The position numbers and the translations under genes were made by a program. The notes under the pieces were generated by a model. The model worked only from the letters and a program-made list of their open reading frames with translations. It was not told the origin of the DNA and did no database searches. From Nitrospirales bacterium (GTDB taxonomy: Bacteria; Nitrospirota; Nitrospiria; Nitrospirales; UBA8639): DNA of 64,000 nucleotides. The stretch spans positions 1,600,001 to 1,664,000 of the forward strand of contig CBDBCZ010000019.1 in the NCBI GenBank assembly GCA_965203295.1, given 5' to 3'. Positions 12,761-22,554 of this stretch are shown here, piece after piece (the stretch's first letter is position 1; the number at the start of each line of letters is the position of its first letter).

Positions 12761-14074
12761 TTATCGAGTAGGAGTTATTTCCTCCCTATCTACTTCTTTA
12801 TAGACGATTGTTCCCCTTACAAGAGTCATCAACACCTTGCCCCTCATGGTCCAACCCGAAAAAGGTGTGTTGCGCCCTTTTGAAAAAAAGGTCGAAGGAT
12901 GAACAACCCAGGTACGATGAGGATTAAAAATCACCACATCTGCTGTTGCACCGGGATATAAGGAACCTTTCGACAACCCGAAAGCCATCGCCGGACCAGA
13001 AGTTAACTTTGAAATAGCGGTTTCAAGAGGCAACACGTTTTCTTCAACCAACCCGAGGGTCAACGGAAGGGCGGTTTCTAATCCCACGATTCCAAATGGA
13101 GCCTCATCAAATTGAAGTTGCTTTTCTTGCACGGCATGCGGGGCATGGTCAGTGGCAATCACATCAATCGTTCCATCTTTTAGTCCTTCTTTCACAGCCT
13201 GCACATCCTCATCCATCCGCAGAGGAGGATTCATCTTGGCAAGGGTGTTAAAAGAACGGACAGCTTCTTCGGTAAGCGAAAAATGATGAGGACAGGCCTC
13301 AGCAGTTACGGGTATGCCTCTCTTCTTGGCTTCACGGATTAATCGAACAGAGCCTTTGGTACTGATATGGGCCAAATGAAGTTTTGCGCCGGTTAATTCA
13401 GCCAAGGATAAATTTCTTCCCACCATGACATCTTCCGCGGCTTCTGATATCCCAGGGATCCCCAGTTCCGTGGAAACGACTCCCTCATTCATGCTTCCCC
13501 CTTCTGAAAGATGGAGATCTTCACAGTGGTCAATTACAGGTATCTGAAAGGCCTTGGCATATTCCATAGCCCGCCGCATGAGCAAACTATTCATCACGGG
13601 CCGTCCGTCATCAGAAATCGCCACGCACCCTGCGTCGTAGAGCTCACCAATTTCAGCCAGCTCTTTGCCTTCCGACCCCTTGGTGATAGCACCAATTGGC
13701 AGAACATTGGCTTTTTGAGCGACAGCCGCCTGTCTGAGAATAAACTCTGTGACTGATTGGGAATCATTAACTGGACACGTGTTTGGCATACAACAGACTG
13801 TGGTGAATCCTCCTGCCACAGCTGCTGCTGATCCGGACGCAATCGTTTCCTTGTATTCCAACCCTGGTTCTCTAAAATGCACATGAAGGTCAATGAAACC
13901 TGGGCATACGATGTTTCCCTTCGCGTCAATGACCGTGCACTGACGTTGTGCTTCCTGGTCTAGTCGAAGACCTTCCCTGACTTCGATCACCTTTCCATTT
14001 TCAATAAGTACATCTGCTGGTCCATTGATGTGACCAGGGTCGATGACATGTCCGCTTTGTATCAGGATTTTCAT
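12761..14074 (-). CDS. pyrC: dihydroorotase
   Basis: DLHVHFREPG, KMNPPLR, ATDHAPH, SKGRNTPF; start at MKILIQ. Confidence 0.96.
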   Translation of the reverse strand: MKILIQSGHVIDPGHINGPADVLIENGKVIEVREGLRLDQEAQRQCTVIDAKGNIVCPGFIDLHVHFREPGLEYKETIASGSAAAVAGGFTTVCCMPNTCPVNDSQSVTEFILRQAAVAQKANVLPIGAITKGSEGKELAEIGELYDAGCVAISDDGRPVMNSLLMRRAMEYAKAFQIPVIDHCEDLHLSEGGSMNEGVVSTELGIPGISEAAEDVMVGRNLSLAELTGAKLHLAHISTKGSVRLIREAKKRGIPVTAEACPHHFSLTEEAVRSFNTLAKMNPPLRMDEDVQAVKEGLKDGTIDVIATDHAPHAVQEKQLQFDEAPFGIVGLETALPLTLGLVEENVLPLETAISKLTSGPAMAFGLSKGSLYPGATADVVIFNPHRTWVVHPSTFFSKGRNTPFSGWTMRGKVLMTLVRGTIVYKEVDREEITPTR

Positions 14075-14132
14075 CGCAATCTCTCTATGAAATAACAATT
14101 CATATGAAGCCTCTCTTCGTAACTGCAAAGTG

Positions 14133-15053
14133 TCAATGGAGTTGGGAAAGGAGGTACATCAGACCCATTCTCACGGCAACACCATTTGCCACCTGGTCTA
14201 AAATAGATGCTGAAAAACGATCCGCAACCTCAAGAGCGATTTCTATTCCCCGATTGATTGGACCAGGATGCATCACCAAGACGTCTTTATCAGCCAACTG
14301 AACTCGCTCGGATGTCAGCCCATACAACCGAGAATATTCACGAATGGATGGAAAAAACGAACTTCCTTGGCGCTCCAATTGAAGACGTAATGTGATAATG
14401 ACATCAACTCCGGACAAAGCCGGGTCAAGCCGATGAAACACTTTCACGTTAAGCCTGTCTAAATACGGCGGGATCATGGTTGGCGGTCCCACGACCGAAA
14501 CTTCAGCTCCCATCTTCGTTAACGCATAGATATCAGATCGAGCGACACGGCTGTGTGCGATGTCACCCACAATGGCCACTCGCAAACCTTTAAACTCTGC
14601 CTTTTTCTTGCTGATCGTGAAAAGATCCAGTAAAGCCTGAGTTGGATGCTCGTGCCAGCCATCCCCGGCATTAATCACAGAAGATCGGACCGCTCGGGCT
14701 AATGTTTCCGCTGCTCCGGCAGCAGAATGTCGCAGAACGATAATATCAGCCTGCATGGATTCAATATTCTGAGCTGTATCCAAAAGAGTTTCGCCTTTGG
14801 CCATGCTACTTGCCGAAACGGAAAAATTGATCACATCGGCGCTCAAGCGCTTGGCTGCCAATTCGAATGAAGTTCGAGTCCGTGTGCTCGGTTCGAAAAA
14901 TAAGTTGATGACTGTTTTCCCTCGAAGTGCAGGCACCTTTTTTATCTCCCGGCCACTCACTTCTTTAAACGGCTCCGATGCTTCAAGAATGAGAAGAATC
15001 TCATCTGTAGACAAGGAAGCGATGCTGAGTAGGTCTTTTCGTTTAAAGCTCAT
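14133..15053 (-). CDS. pyrB: aspartate carbamoyltransferase catalytic subunit
   Basis: FFEPSTRTRTSF, HPTQALLD, MHPGPINRG. Confidence 0.98.
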   Translation of the reverse strand: MSFKRKDLLSIASLSTDEILLILEASEPFKEVSGREIKKVPALRGKTVINLFFEPSTRTRTSFELAAKRLSADVINFSVSASSMAKGETLLDTAQNIESMQADIIVLRHSAAGAAETLARAVRSSVINAGDGWHEHPTQALLDLFTISKKKAEFKGLRVAIVGDIAHSRVARSDIYALTKMGAEVSVVGPPTMIPPYLDRLNVKVFHRLDPALSGVDVIITLRLQLERQGSSFFPSIREYSRLYGLTSERVQLADKDVLVMHPGPINRGIEIALEVADRFSASILDQVANGVAVRMGLMYLLSQLH

Positions 15054-15058
15054 CTCAA

Positions 15059-15619
15059 TCACCTTTCTCCCTTGAACGTTGAAACGCGATTTTCCTCACC
15101 CAGTTCCTCAAGAAAAACTCTAACAATTTGATCTCGAGATGTCGGAATATTCTTTCCGACATAATTGGCTCTGACAGGAAACTGCCGGTGACCTCGATCA
15201 ACTAATACGGCGAGCTGAATTTCGGCTGGACGTCCCAAATCAATGAGGCCATCCATAGCTGCACGGATCGTTCTACCCGTAAAAAGGACATCATCAACCA
15301 AAACCACTTTGAGATCAGAAACATTGAATGGAATCGAGGTTTTTCGGAGAATTGGTTGCCCTTTCCGAATTGACAAGTCATCCCGATACAAGGTGATGTC
15401 CAACTCCCCTATCGGAATCGCCACCTTTTCAATGTTCCGTATAAGGCCTTCCAGTCGATGAGCCAGATAGACCCCACCCGTTCGTATGCCCACAAGGGCC
15501 AAATCCTTCGAGCCCTTATTACGTTCTAAGATTTCATGGGCAATGCGAGTTAAGGCGCGTGCCATCTCGTGCCCATCCATAATCAAAGTTTCTTCGGCCA
15601 GGTTGTTTTCAGAAGCCAT
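15059..15619 (-). CDS. pyrR: bifunctional pyr operon attenuation regulator / uracil phosphoribosyltransferase
   Basis: RIAHEILERN, LDITLYRDDL, VDDVLFTGRTIRAA, DRGHR. Confidence 0.97.
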   Translation of the reverse strand: MASENNLAEETLIMDGHEMARALTRIAHEILERNKGSKDLALVGIRTGGVYLAHRLEGLIRNIEKVAIPIGELDITLYRDDLSIRKGQPILRKTSIPFNVSDLKVVLVDDVLFTGRTIRAAMDGLIDLGRPAEIQLAVLVDRGHRQFPVRANYVGKNIPTSRDQIVRVFLEELGEENRVSTFKGER

Positions 15620-15691
15620 AGCAGAGTATTAGAGATTCAATACTTCCCAAAAGGCGATCTTGGGAAACCCATTCCGGCACAACAATTTATG

Positions 15692-15865
15692 GGCAGATTG
15701 TCCAGAAAGGCTTTCTCCCCTGCATTCCTGAACGCAAAAGGATTTGGCCGCGTAAACGAGACTTTAAGCTTCGCTTCCAACTTTCGTGGTCGAGTAGGCT
15801 GCTACTTCAGAGGAAGATGGGCAAAGGCATGGCGCACCGCTGAAGGCCTGTTTGAACAGGCTGCC
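15692..15865. mobile_element. putative degenerate MITE (~174 bp) between the attenuator and pyrR
   Basis: Imperfect terminal inverted repeats GGCAGATTGTCCAGAAAGGCTTTC vs GGCAGCCTGTTCAAACAGGCCTTC (18/24). No target duplication seen. Confidence 0.4.
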
Positions 15866-15869
15866 TGGC

Positions 15870-15904
15870 AAAAAAAGGCCTTCTGCCTAAAATTGGACAG
15901 AAGG
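15870..15904 (-). terminator. attenuator terminator of the pyr leader
   Basis: Minus strand reads CCTTCTGTCC-AATTTTA-GGCAGAAGG-CC-TTTTTTT, a hairpin followed by a U tract. Confidence 0.8.
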
Positions 15905-15953
15905 ATTCGGCTTGTTCTCTTTACCGGGCAATGCCCAGAGTGCATGTCCTATC

Positions 15954-15986
15954 TCCTTCCCACCTCTCTGGATGGACATTAAAGGT
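15954..15986 (-). promoter_or_regulatory. PyrR-binding RNA element (anti-antiterminator)
   Basis: Minus strand ACCTTTAATGTCCATCCAGAGAGGTGGGAAGGA matches the PyrR consensus CUUUAA...UCCAGAGAGG...GAAGG; lies upstream of a terminator and pyrR. Confidence 0.88.
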
Positions 15987-16066
15987 TTTTTCATCCTATT
16001 GATAATGGTCAATGAAGTCAAGCCATTTGGGAAAGGTTATAAAAGATGAATTGTTTAAGGGATTTT

Positions 16067-17851
16067 TCATGTGGTCCTTCGTAGAATCCACAAAGTCAGT
16101 CTTTCATTGACCTTGGCTCTGGGAAGAATAGAGCGGTGCATGTGGAAGGTTGGAAGATTCGACGCCGTTTCATGGTGAATAATTTCAAGTTGAGCCTTAT
16201 CGAAATGAGAGGAAAGATCATGTGGCCCAGCGATAAATGCAAGCCCATTAGGCTGTAATGTATGTGAGATCCTGCTCAAAATTCGAGCAAGGACATCCTG
16301 TCGGTCAAAATCAGACATGGGCAACCATACATACAAGAGGTCAAACGCTTGTTGATAGGCGGATTCACAATATGACTCACGAGGGAAGAAACGGATCTTC
16401 TTGCTCCAATCCAACTGACTTGACCGAGTAAGTCTATTCCAAAGGGATTGGGCATGCTTTTGAGCAAAGGCTTGGCGAGAAAACACAATTGTGTAATTTC
16501 GTGGACGATCAAGAGAAAGGCATGTTCCTATGACCGCGTCAAAATTTTCAATCATGACTTGAGAACTGGCCCCTACTTTATGGGAAAGAAAGGGGTTTTC
16601 TTCCAAGATATCTTCAAGATAATCAGCGAGAAATGGTTGGCTTTCTAGCTCCCCTATTTCTGTGTCATCTTCGGGATAGAGTAAAACAGTAGAAAAAGCC
16701 TCTCGGGGAGCGACTTCTGGGGCAGATCCTTCAAAAAATTCTCTCCAGTCTGTCTCAGGGATCATTCTTCCTGATTGACCAGTATTTTGACGTATCTCCC
16801 ATGAGCTTGGAAGAGGGAACGTTTTCTCATTTTGAAAATCTTTTAAGACAAGGAATCCATCTTTCGTATCGAATGCCTTCCCACAGGGGACAAACCCTTG
16901 TGGGTTCGGTTTAAAAAACGGTAGACCGGTGGGGTCATCAACACGTGTGACTTTTTGAATGGATCCTTGGACAAGGGTCAAACAAAAGTGATGTTCAGAG
17001 GCAATATAGCGCAAGGGAGGGTCTGGCTTGGATCGCCATGTGACTTCACTAGATCGGGTTGGATCCATAAATAACGCTAAGGGGCTGCCAGATCCGATGC
17101 AACTGGGAGTAAAGAATGCGCTGAATAGTCCATAGGCGGCTTCTGAGGGATACGTTGGAATCCCTCGGTAGACAAGAGGAAGCGGTGACTCAGGGTTTTG
17201 ATCATCATAAAGCCCACGAATCAGCTCAAAAGTGGCATTGCCAGTCCCTTGAAGAAGTGATAGAAACAGTTCCACGACAGGCAAAAAATCTATTCGTTCC
17301 CAATGCATGGCCCCCATACAGGACATAAATTTAGCATGTTCAAACGTTCCATCAGGCAATACGTACAGAGCATCTTTGCGCTGTCGGATCGTTGCCATTC
17401 CAGACGAACTAATCAGCAAATCATCATCTTCATAGAAAAATTCGACCTCCTTCACTGGAACCTTTAACGCGTGGGAAACCATGAGGCGCAGATCGTCACG
17501 TGAAAGACGTTCCCAGCCTGGCCTTTTTGAAAGATCGAAAGATGTCGAGTTAATTAACCCCTCTGGTTTGATGCCTACCCATTGCCCCCAATCTAAATAC
17601 ATCCGAGCAGCTATCAACTTAACTCTTCCATGCTCATCATGGGTCCATTCGCATTCATGAAGCGGATGCCCTTCCGGATCCGTGAGAAGCACACGACGTC
17701 CATGGGGACCGTAATACACGGTATGTCCGCTGGGTTGTTGGTTAGCCTTCCAGTCATTAGTCTCAAGCGTTTCTAACAAACAGCGGTTGCCAGGTAGAAC
17801 AATGGTCCCTGGATGGTTCAAGTTTTTAGAAAAGTCAGTTTCGGAGGTCAT
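16067..17851 (-). CDS. hypothetical protein, 594 aa; C-terminus possibly a degenerate SAM-methyltransferase-like fold
   Basis: Long intact ORF. The C-terminal segment FDLLYVW...ISHTLQPNGLAFIAGP resembles Rossmann MTase strands. No recognised family. Confidence 0.75.
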   Translation of the reverse strand: MTSETDFSKNLNHPGTIVLPGNRCLLETLETNDWKANQQPSGHTVYYGPHGRRVLLTDPEGHPLHECEWTHDEHGRVKLIAARMYLDWGQWVGIKPEGLINSTSFDLSKRPGWERLSRDDLRLMVSHALKVPVKEVEFFYEDDDLLISSSGMATIRQRKDALYVLPDGTFEHAKFMSCMGAMHWERIDFLPVVELFLSLLQGTGNATFELIRGLYDDQNPESPLPLVYRGIPTYPSEAAYGLFSAFFTPSCIGSGSPLALFMDPTRSSEVTWRSKPDPPLRYIASEHHFCLTLVQGSIQKVTRVDDPTGLPFFKPNPQGFVPCGKAFDTKDGFLVLKDFQNEKTFPLPSSWEIRQNTGQSGRMIPETDWREFFEGSAPEVAPREAFSTVLLYPEDDTEIGELESQPFLADYLEDILEENPFLSHKVGASSQVMIENFDAVIGTCLSLDRPRNYTIVFSRQAFAQKHAQSLWNRLTRSSQLDWSKKIRFFPRESYCESAYQQAFDLLYVWLPMSDFDRQDVLARILSRISHTLQPNGLAFIAGPHDLSSHFDKAQLEIIHHETASNLPTFHMHRSILPRAKVNERLTLWILRRTT

Positions 17852-17964
17852 GCAACTCTTGTCATGGCGAAGGGTAACGAACCATCAAACCACACTTACT
17901 GCATATTTTCTTGGGAAATGAAGTCCTGTGAAGCAGGAAAATTGTATTGAGGGGACAGCTCAGG

Positions 17965-19278
17965 TTATTCTCGAATTTGCCCCGACCCATATACGATATA
18001 CTTGGCGCAGGTGAGATCTTCCAAACCCATCGGCCCCCTTGCGTGAATTCGAGTCGTGCTGATTCCGATTTCCGCCCCGAGTCCAAACTGGTATCCATCG
18101 TTGAGCCTTGTTGACGCATTGATCATGACCGCACTGGCATCAACTTCACGCAAGAAACGTGTGGCATTGGCATAATCGCTGGTCAGGATAGTTTCCGTAT
18201 GCCGGGACCCATAGGTTTCAATATGATCCATCGCTTGATCCATATCTTTCACGACCTTCACGGCTAAAATAAGCCCGAGAAATTCCTGGCCATAATCCGC
18301 ATCCGTCGCTGGCTTGGCTTCTGAAATAAGGCTGCATGTTTTAGGACATCCACGAATATCGACCTTCGCTTCAAGAAGCTGCTTTCCTAATGCCGGCAAA
18401 AGGGTTCGGGCTATTTTTTCATGGACTAACAAGGTTTCCATCGCATTGCAGGTGGACGGACGTTGGACTTTGGCATTAAAACACACACGTTGGGCCATAT
18501 TCACATCCGCATTGCTATCTACATAGATATGGCAGATACCCTTATCGTGCTTAATGACTGGAATGGTAGAATGGGTTGTCACTGTTTCCATCAATGAGTC
18601 CCCGCCGCGTGGGATAATGATATCGATGAAACGATCCTGTTTGAGAAGTTCAATGACCACTTCTCGTTCCGTACGATCGACAAAAGAAATCGCGCCCTCT
18701 GGGATACCCGATTTTTGAGCAGCTTCTGATAAAAGATCGGCAATGGCTATATTGGAGTGAATGGCCTCGGACCCACCCCGAAGCACGCAAACATTACCAG
18801 ATTTCAAGCACAAGGCAGCCGCATCAGCCGTCACGTTGGGCCGGGATTCATAAATGATTCCAATCACACCAATAGGAACCCTCACACGCCCCACCTGCAT
18901 ACCATTTGCCCGACGGTTGAAGCCTAAGGATTCTCCCACCGGGTCTCTTAGTTGGGCTATTTCCCGAATGCCTTGCGCCATTTCCGTAATTCGTTCCGCC
19001 GTAAGTTTCAAGCGGTCAGCCATGGCCTCTCGACCTTCGTATTTCTCCTCAAAGGCCTCGATATCTTTTTCATTAGCCTCCAACAAGGCCTCGACGTTTT
19101 CTTCCAAGTTCGCCGCCATAAGATCAAGGGCCTTATTTTTTGCTGCAGTCGTTAGAGCACCAAGAGGTCTTGCAGCCGCCCTCCCTTTTTGCAAGAGTTC
19201 CTCAAGATACTCTTGTGGAGTTTGAGGAACCTCTTCGACCGTTTCTTCCTGAGTGGTCTCAATATTTTCGGTATCCAT
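17965..19278 (-). CDS. proA: glutamate-5-semialdehyde dehydrogenase
   Basis: IIYESRPNVT, IIPRGG, CNAMETLL, GAEIGIST...HARGPMGL; start trimmed to MDTENIE. Confidence 0.97.
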   Translation of the reverse strand: MDTENIETTQEETVEEVPQTPQEYLEELLQKGRAAARPLGALTTAAKNKALDLMAANLEENVEALLEANEKDIEAFEEKYEGREAMADRLKLTAERITEMAQGIREIAQLRDPVGESLGFNRRANGMQVGRVRVPIGVIGIIYESRPNVTADAAALCLKSGNVCVLRGGSEAIHSNIAIADLLSEAAQKSGIPEGAISFVDRTEREVVIELLKQDRFIDIIIPRGGDSLMETVTTHSTIPVIKHDKGICHIYVDSNADVNMAQRVCFNAKVQRPSTCNAMETLLVHEKIARTLLPALGKQLLEAKVDIRGCPKTCSLISEAKPATDADYGQEFLGLILAVKVVKDMDQAMDHIETYGSRHTETILTSDYANATRFLREVDASAVMINASTRLNDGYQFGLGAEIGISTTRIHARGPMGLEDLTCAKYIVYGSGQIRE

Positions 19279-19533
19279 GTTTACGAAATCCTTTAATCGA
19301 CATCGGTTATGATTAATTAAGAGAAGAGAAATACGTGACCACCTACAATGCTTGGGCGAGAATACCGTTGAATTCAAAAATCCGTCAAGGTCATGGTCCC
19401 CAATCAATTCGAAGTGTCTAGACTTGAAAACCACGGATTCGTCAGCAACGTTAGACCAACGCAACCCTGAATTCAAAACGGGTGCAAGTATTACCAAAAG
19501 TGTGGTAATATTACCAGGAAAGGAGAATGTGTC

Positions 19534-19704
19534 TTGAAAATTCGAGTCTTGTGATGTCACTGATCTGATCTGGCCTTAAGAGAGAAATCTTGAGGTTCCT
19601 CTTGTCCTAGCACGGGCTTTCTTGTTGATGACCACGTTCTGATCGATGCAGGAACAGCGGCCTCAGATCTTGAGTTATACGAATTTTTCTGCTCTCCCCG
19701 TTGA
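19534..19704 (+). pseudogene. N-terminal remnant of an MBL-fold 3',5'-cyclic-nucleotide phosphodiesterase-like gene
   Basis: AGGAAAGGAG RBS and TTG start, reading MKIRVL*CH*SDLALREKS*GSSCPSTGFLVDDHVLIDAGTAA. This matches the MKIRVLGCHG...FLVD..LIDAG pattern. Three TGA stops; truncated before the HxHxDH motif. Confidence 0.7.
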
Positions 19705-19879
19705 ACCCCCGTTTATTGAGTATTTCTTGTAACTTTCTCGTTCAATCAAAAAGTTGAAAATATTTGGGATTTTAGTGAATGAGCTCTTCCCTTCTTGATT
19801 TTACAATAAGAAACTTGCTACACAGAACCTCCTTTAATGTCAAAAAACAGATCAACGCTTCTTCTACATATCCTACGGT

Positions 19880-19955
19880 GCCGAGGTAGCTCAGTTGGCA
19901 GAGCACAGCCCTGAAAAGGCTGGTGTCGACAGTTCGATTCTGTCCCTCGGCACCA
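19880..19955 (+). tRNA. tRNA-Phe(GAA)
   Basis: 76-nt cloverleaf GCCGAGG...CCTCGGC-ACCA; anticodon arm CAGCC-CTGAAAA-GGCTG; GTTCGATTC T-loop. Confidence 0.98.
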
Positions 19956-20269
19956 CCTCTCTTACATATCTTACATAGTCCCCTCTCTTATTTCCTCAAT
20001 AATGGAGTTCGCCTAAAGATGGATAAGGCCTTTCTTTCGATGCGTTGCGTCTCGTTCTCCAGAAACGGTTAACGACACAAGAGCAAATTTTGGTGCTCAT
20101 TTTTTTTGATTAGTGCTAATTGCCCATGCTCTGCAGGGAAAGCAAGATGGATTCTCGCTAAAGACTGTGGGTATGACAGACAGAAAGTTTTCCATGACAG
20201 CGGCCACCCATCTTCACAATTTTGCTGGCCCCGCCAGAAAGATGAAATGCAAGATTTAGCGTCGCAATG

Positions 20270-20309
20270 AATTGACAATAAATAAATTTACGTCACAATA
20301 CTGTCAATT
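20270..20309 (+). promoter_or_regulatory. putative promoter with overlapping inverted-repeat operator
   Basis: AATTGACAATA...TACTGTCAATT; the left arm contains a perfect TTGACA, about 35 nt upstream of the 20342 ORF. Confidence 0.5.
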
Positions 20310-20341
20310 TAAAGTAAAGCTCACTAAAACTTCGGGTTGGC

Positions 20342-20908
20342 ATGGAAAGACTCAAGCTACGCATAAAAGTCAATCAACAAGAGTTCGAGGCAGAGGGATC
20401 ACGAGATACCGTCTGCAAGCAATTTCAAATTTTTAGGTTACTGCTTGAACGCATGACACAAAATCAAACAGACTCCAGTGCCCCTGACCAAGCTCTTAGT
20501 CATGTATCGCATCTGGGATCTCCCCTCCCCTCAACAATTCCAAATTCATTCAACCCAGACTTGCCAACAGAATTGTATAAAGTGGTAGCTCCCATCCCCG
20601 AAACGCCCCACATGGTGTGCAAGGTTATCCCACCAGGAAAAAGGAAGAAAGCGGATACCATTTTGTTATTGCTGTTAGGGTTCCGACTCATCCGAAATAG
20701 ACAGGAAGTGCCTGTCCTTATTCTCAATCAGGCCCTAAAACAATCAGGCAGCTCCCCTGCCCGGCTCGATCGAGTGCTCAGCCCGTACATAAAGGAAAAA
20801 CTGGTTCTTAAATCAGGAAAAGGCAAAGGAGGGAATTATCAATTGACAAATGACGGAATAGAACGTGCCAAAGAGAAGGCCATGGAAATTGCTCGGCTTC
20901 TGCCATAA
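20342..20908 (+). CDS. hypothetical protein with putative C-terminal winged helix
   Basis: C-terminus LDRVLSPYIKEKLVLKSGKGKGGNYQLTNDG is typical of a wHTH wing (Y.LT..G). Confidence 0.65.
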   Translation: MERLKLRIKVNQQEFEAEGSRDTVCKQFQIFRLLLERMTQNQTDSSAPDQALSHVSHLGSPLPSTIPNSFNPDLPTELYKVVAPIPETPHMVCKVIPPGKRKKADTILLLLLGFRLIRNRQEVPVLILNQALKQSGSSPARLDRVLSPYIKEKLVLKSGKGKGGNYQLTNDGIERAKEKAMEIARLLP

Positions 20909-21146
20909 GATTTTGGCAGAAGAAGGGTCGCACCCACTTCTTTAACTAAACACTAAACAATGGACTGAAAAGCAACGGGATGTCTCCATTTTCCCTACCC
21001 TTACTCTGTTTACGTATTGCAGGAGTCCCCCGCAACAATCAAGGTTGTTCACGAGGGGACTATATTTATATAATGAATACTAAAGAACTTCAGAGCCAAG
21101 AATTAAGAATTCTTTCATTTTTGTGAAGTTTAAGGAGGCATCACTT

Positions 21147-21821
21147 ATGGAAATGTATACACGTCAGGAAACTCAAACAGACATTCAGGATGATCCAAAA
21201 GCACGAGATCTTCTTCGAGGAGCATTTGAGAAAACCGCTCGTTGGCAGCCAGATTTTGCTGGGTTTGAAGCAAAACTGCGAATTAATGTGAATGGTAAGG
21301 AAACCCAGGGAGTCGTAACGGTAAAAAGCTCAAAAGATGTGACCGTTTCCTTACCAGATCCGGACCTCCAAAAGTGGGCCCAAAATCAGATTGGGATGAT
21401 TGCCGTTCACAGAGGACCACGAAACTTTGACGAATCAGATGGAAAATATTCCCTAACATTGGAAGGAGACGATAGTCATCCTCTCGGCCCCCGCCTGTTG
21501 ATTCATGGAGATGGCATGGGATCCTCCTATCGCATCAAGAATGACCGAATTACTCAGATTAACCGAAAAATGCCTCATATGGCCTTTACCATCAATGTCG
21601 AAGAAAGTGCCGTCACTCAGGACCAGAAACACCTGACCACGCGATATACCGTCTATTACTTTTCGCCAAAAGATGGGAGCCTGCAAAACGTCGATAGCTT
21701 TTCAGACACACATACTCGCATAGGCGCTTCGGATCTTCCTGCAACACGGCGAATTATTTCTTATGAAAATGGAGAAGTCGTGACAAAGACCATGGTCTTT
21801 GAATATCACAAAATGCTGTAA
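21147..21821 (+). CDS. DUF3386-like protein
   Basis: AGGAGG RBS; ARDLLRGAFEKTARW..DFAGF, IAVHRGPRNF, YRIKNDRITQINR. Confidence 0.75.
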   Translation: MEMYTRQETQTDIQDDPKARDLLRGAFEKTARWQPDFAGFEAKLRINVNGKETQGVVTVKSSKDVTVSLPDPDLQKWAQNQIGMIAVHRGPRNFDESDGKYSLTLEGDDSHPLGPRLLIHGDGMGSSYRIKNDRITQINRKMPHMAFTINVEESAVTQDQKHLTTRYTVYYFSPKDGSLQNVDSFSDTHTRIGASDLPATRRIISYENGEVVTKTMVFEYHKML

Positions 21822-21835
21822 CTCTTATTGTTGAC

Positions 21836-22276
21836 ATGGATCTTTGCTCTCAATTTCCACGAAGTGTGCGGGAACGGTTAGGAGGGTATGTCCACTTAGC
21901 AAGAATGTTGGACAAAAGCCGGGCCTCGTTGTCTGGAACGCTAGGAGAATATGTCTACCCCTGTCCTCTGGACAAGTTGTTTCTGGAATTTATCGGAATT
22001 TCAGATCAGCGTTTTTTGGAGGTCGTGAAAGAGCGGATAGATCAAGAGGTTGAAGATTGGATCAAGCAAAATGCCGTCCCGCATTCTCAACCTGAAATTG
22101 AATCGTGGAATGACATGATGTTAACTCGTGGTCCGGATAGCAAAGAGAAATGGGAATATTTTCAGAAAATTCGTGACTCCATTGATCCAGCACGCACTGA
22201 CATTACCACATGGGCAGATTTACTGGATTTGGAAGAATATCGTCCCATACCAAACTCTGAGGCGATGACAAACTAA
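21836..22276 (+). CDS. DUF5069-like protein
   Basis: PRSVRERLGGYVHLARMLDK, GEYVYPCPLD, DLLDLEE. Confidence 0.8.
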   Translation: MDLCSQFPRSVRERLGGYVHLARMLDKSRASLSGTLGEYVYPCPLDKLFLEFIGISDQRFLEVVKERIDQEVEDWIKQNAVPHSQPEIESWNDMMLTRGPDSKEKWEYFQKIRDSIDPARTDITTWADLLDLEEYRPIPNSEAMTN

Positions 22277-22554
22277 CATCGAGAAATATGATGAAGATCA
22301 ATATTCACACCTCAACCTTAAAATGGTTGTTCACCCTTTCCTTCCTATGGGCCATTTGGATGAATCTCAAATAATCCAGCAATAATTCTACTTAAAGATT
22401 TTTTGGATTTTCCCTAACACATCTTATATTGCGACTGGCCTAATCACGGCAAACGTTGCAGGGCGGTCTTTTTTAGTGACCTTTTTACCACTGGAGATTC
22501 CCAACCAACCTCCCAATTTCAGGATCAACAGGTTGCGGATAAAGGCTTGACCTC

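Noticed and set aside
15569..15982. 137-aa plus-strand ORF
   Set aside because: Antisense to the pyr leader and attenuator, with no recognisable motifs.
19279..19560. 94-aa N-terminal extension of proA
   Set aside because: Not protein-like and overlaps the opposite-strand remnant; an AAGGA RBS precedes ATG 19278.
19552..19593. Selenocysteine or genome-wide UGA recoding
   Set aside because: The TGAs align with Gly rather than Cys positions, the gene is truncated, and many intact genes here end in TGA.
19940..19955. Integrated element at tRNA-Phe
   Set aside because: No integrase and no convincing 3'-end duplication; short TCGGCACCA matches fall inside core CDSs.
22288..22374. Short hydrophobic ORF after DUF5069
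   Set aside because: Only 28 aa with no recognisable family; could be a remnant but cannot be supported.
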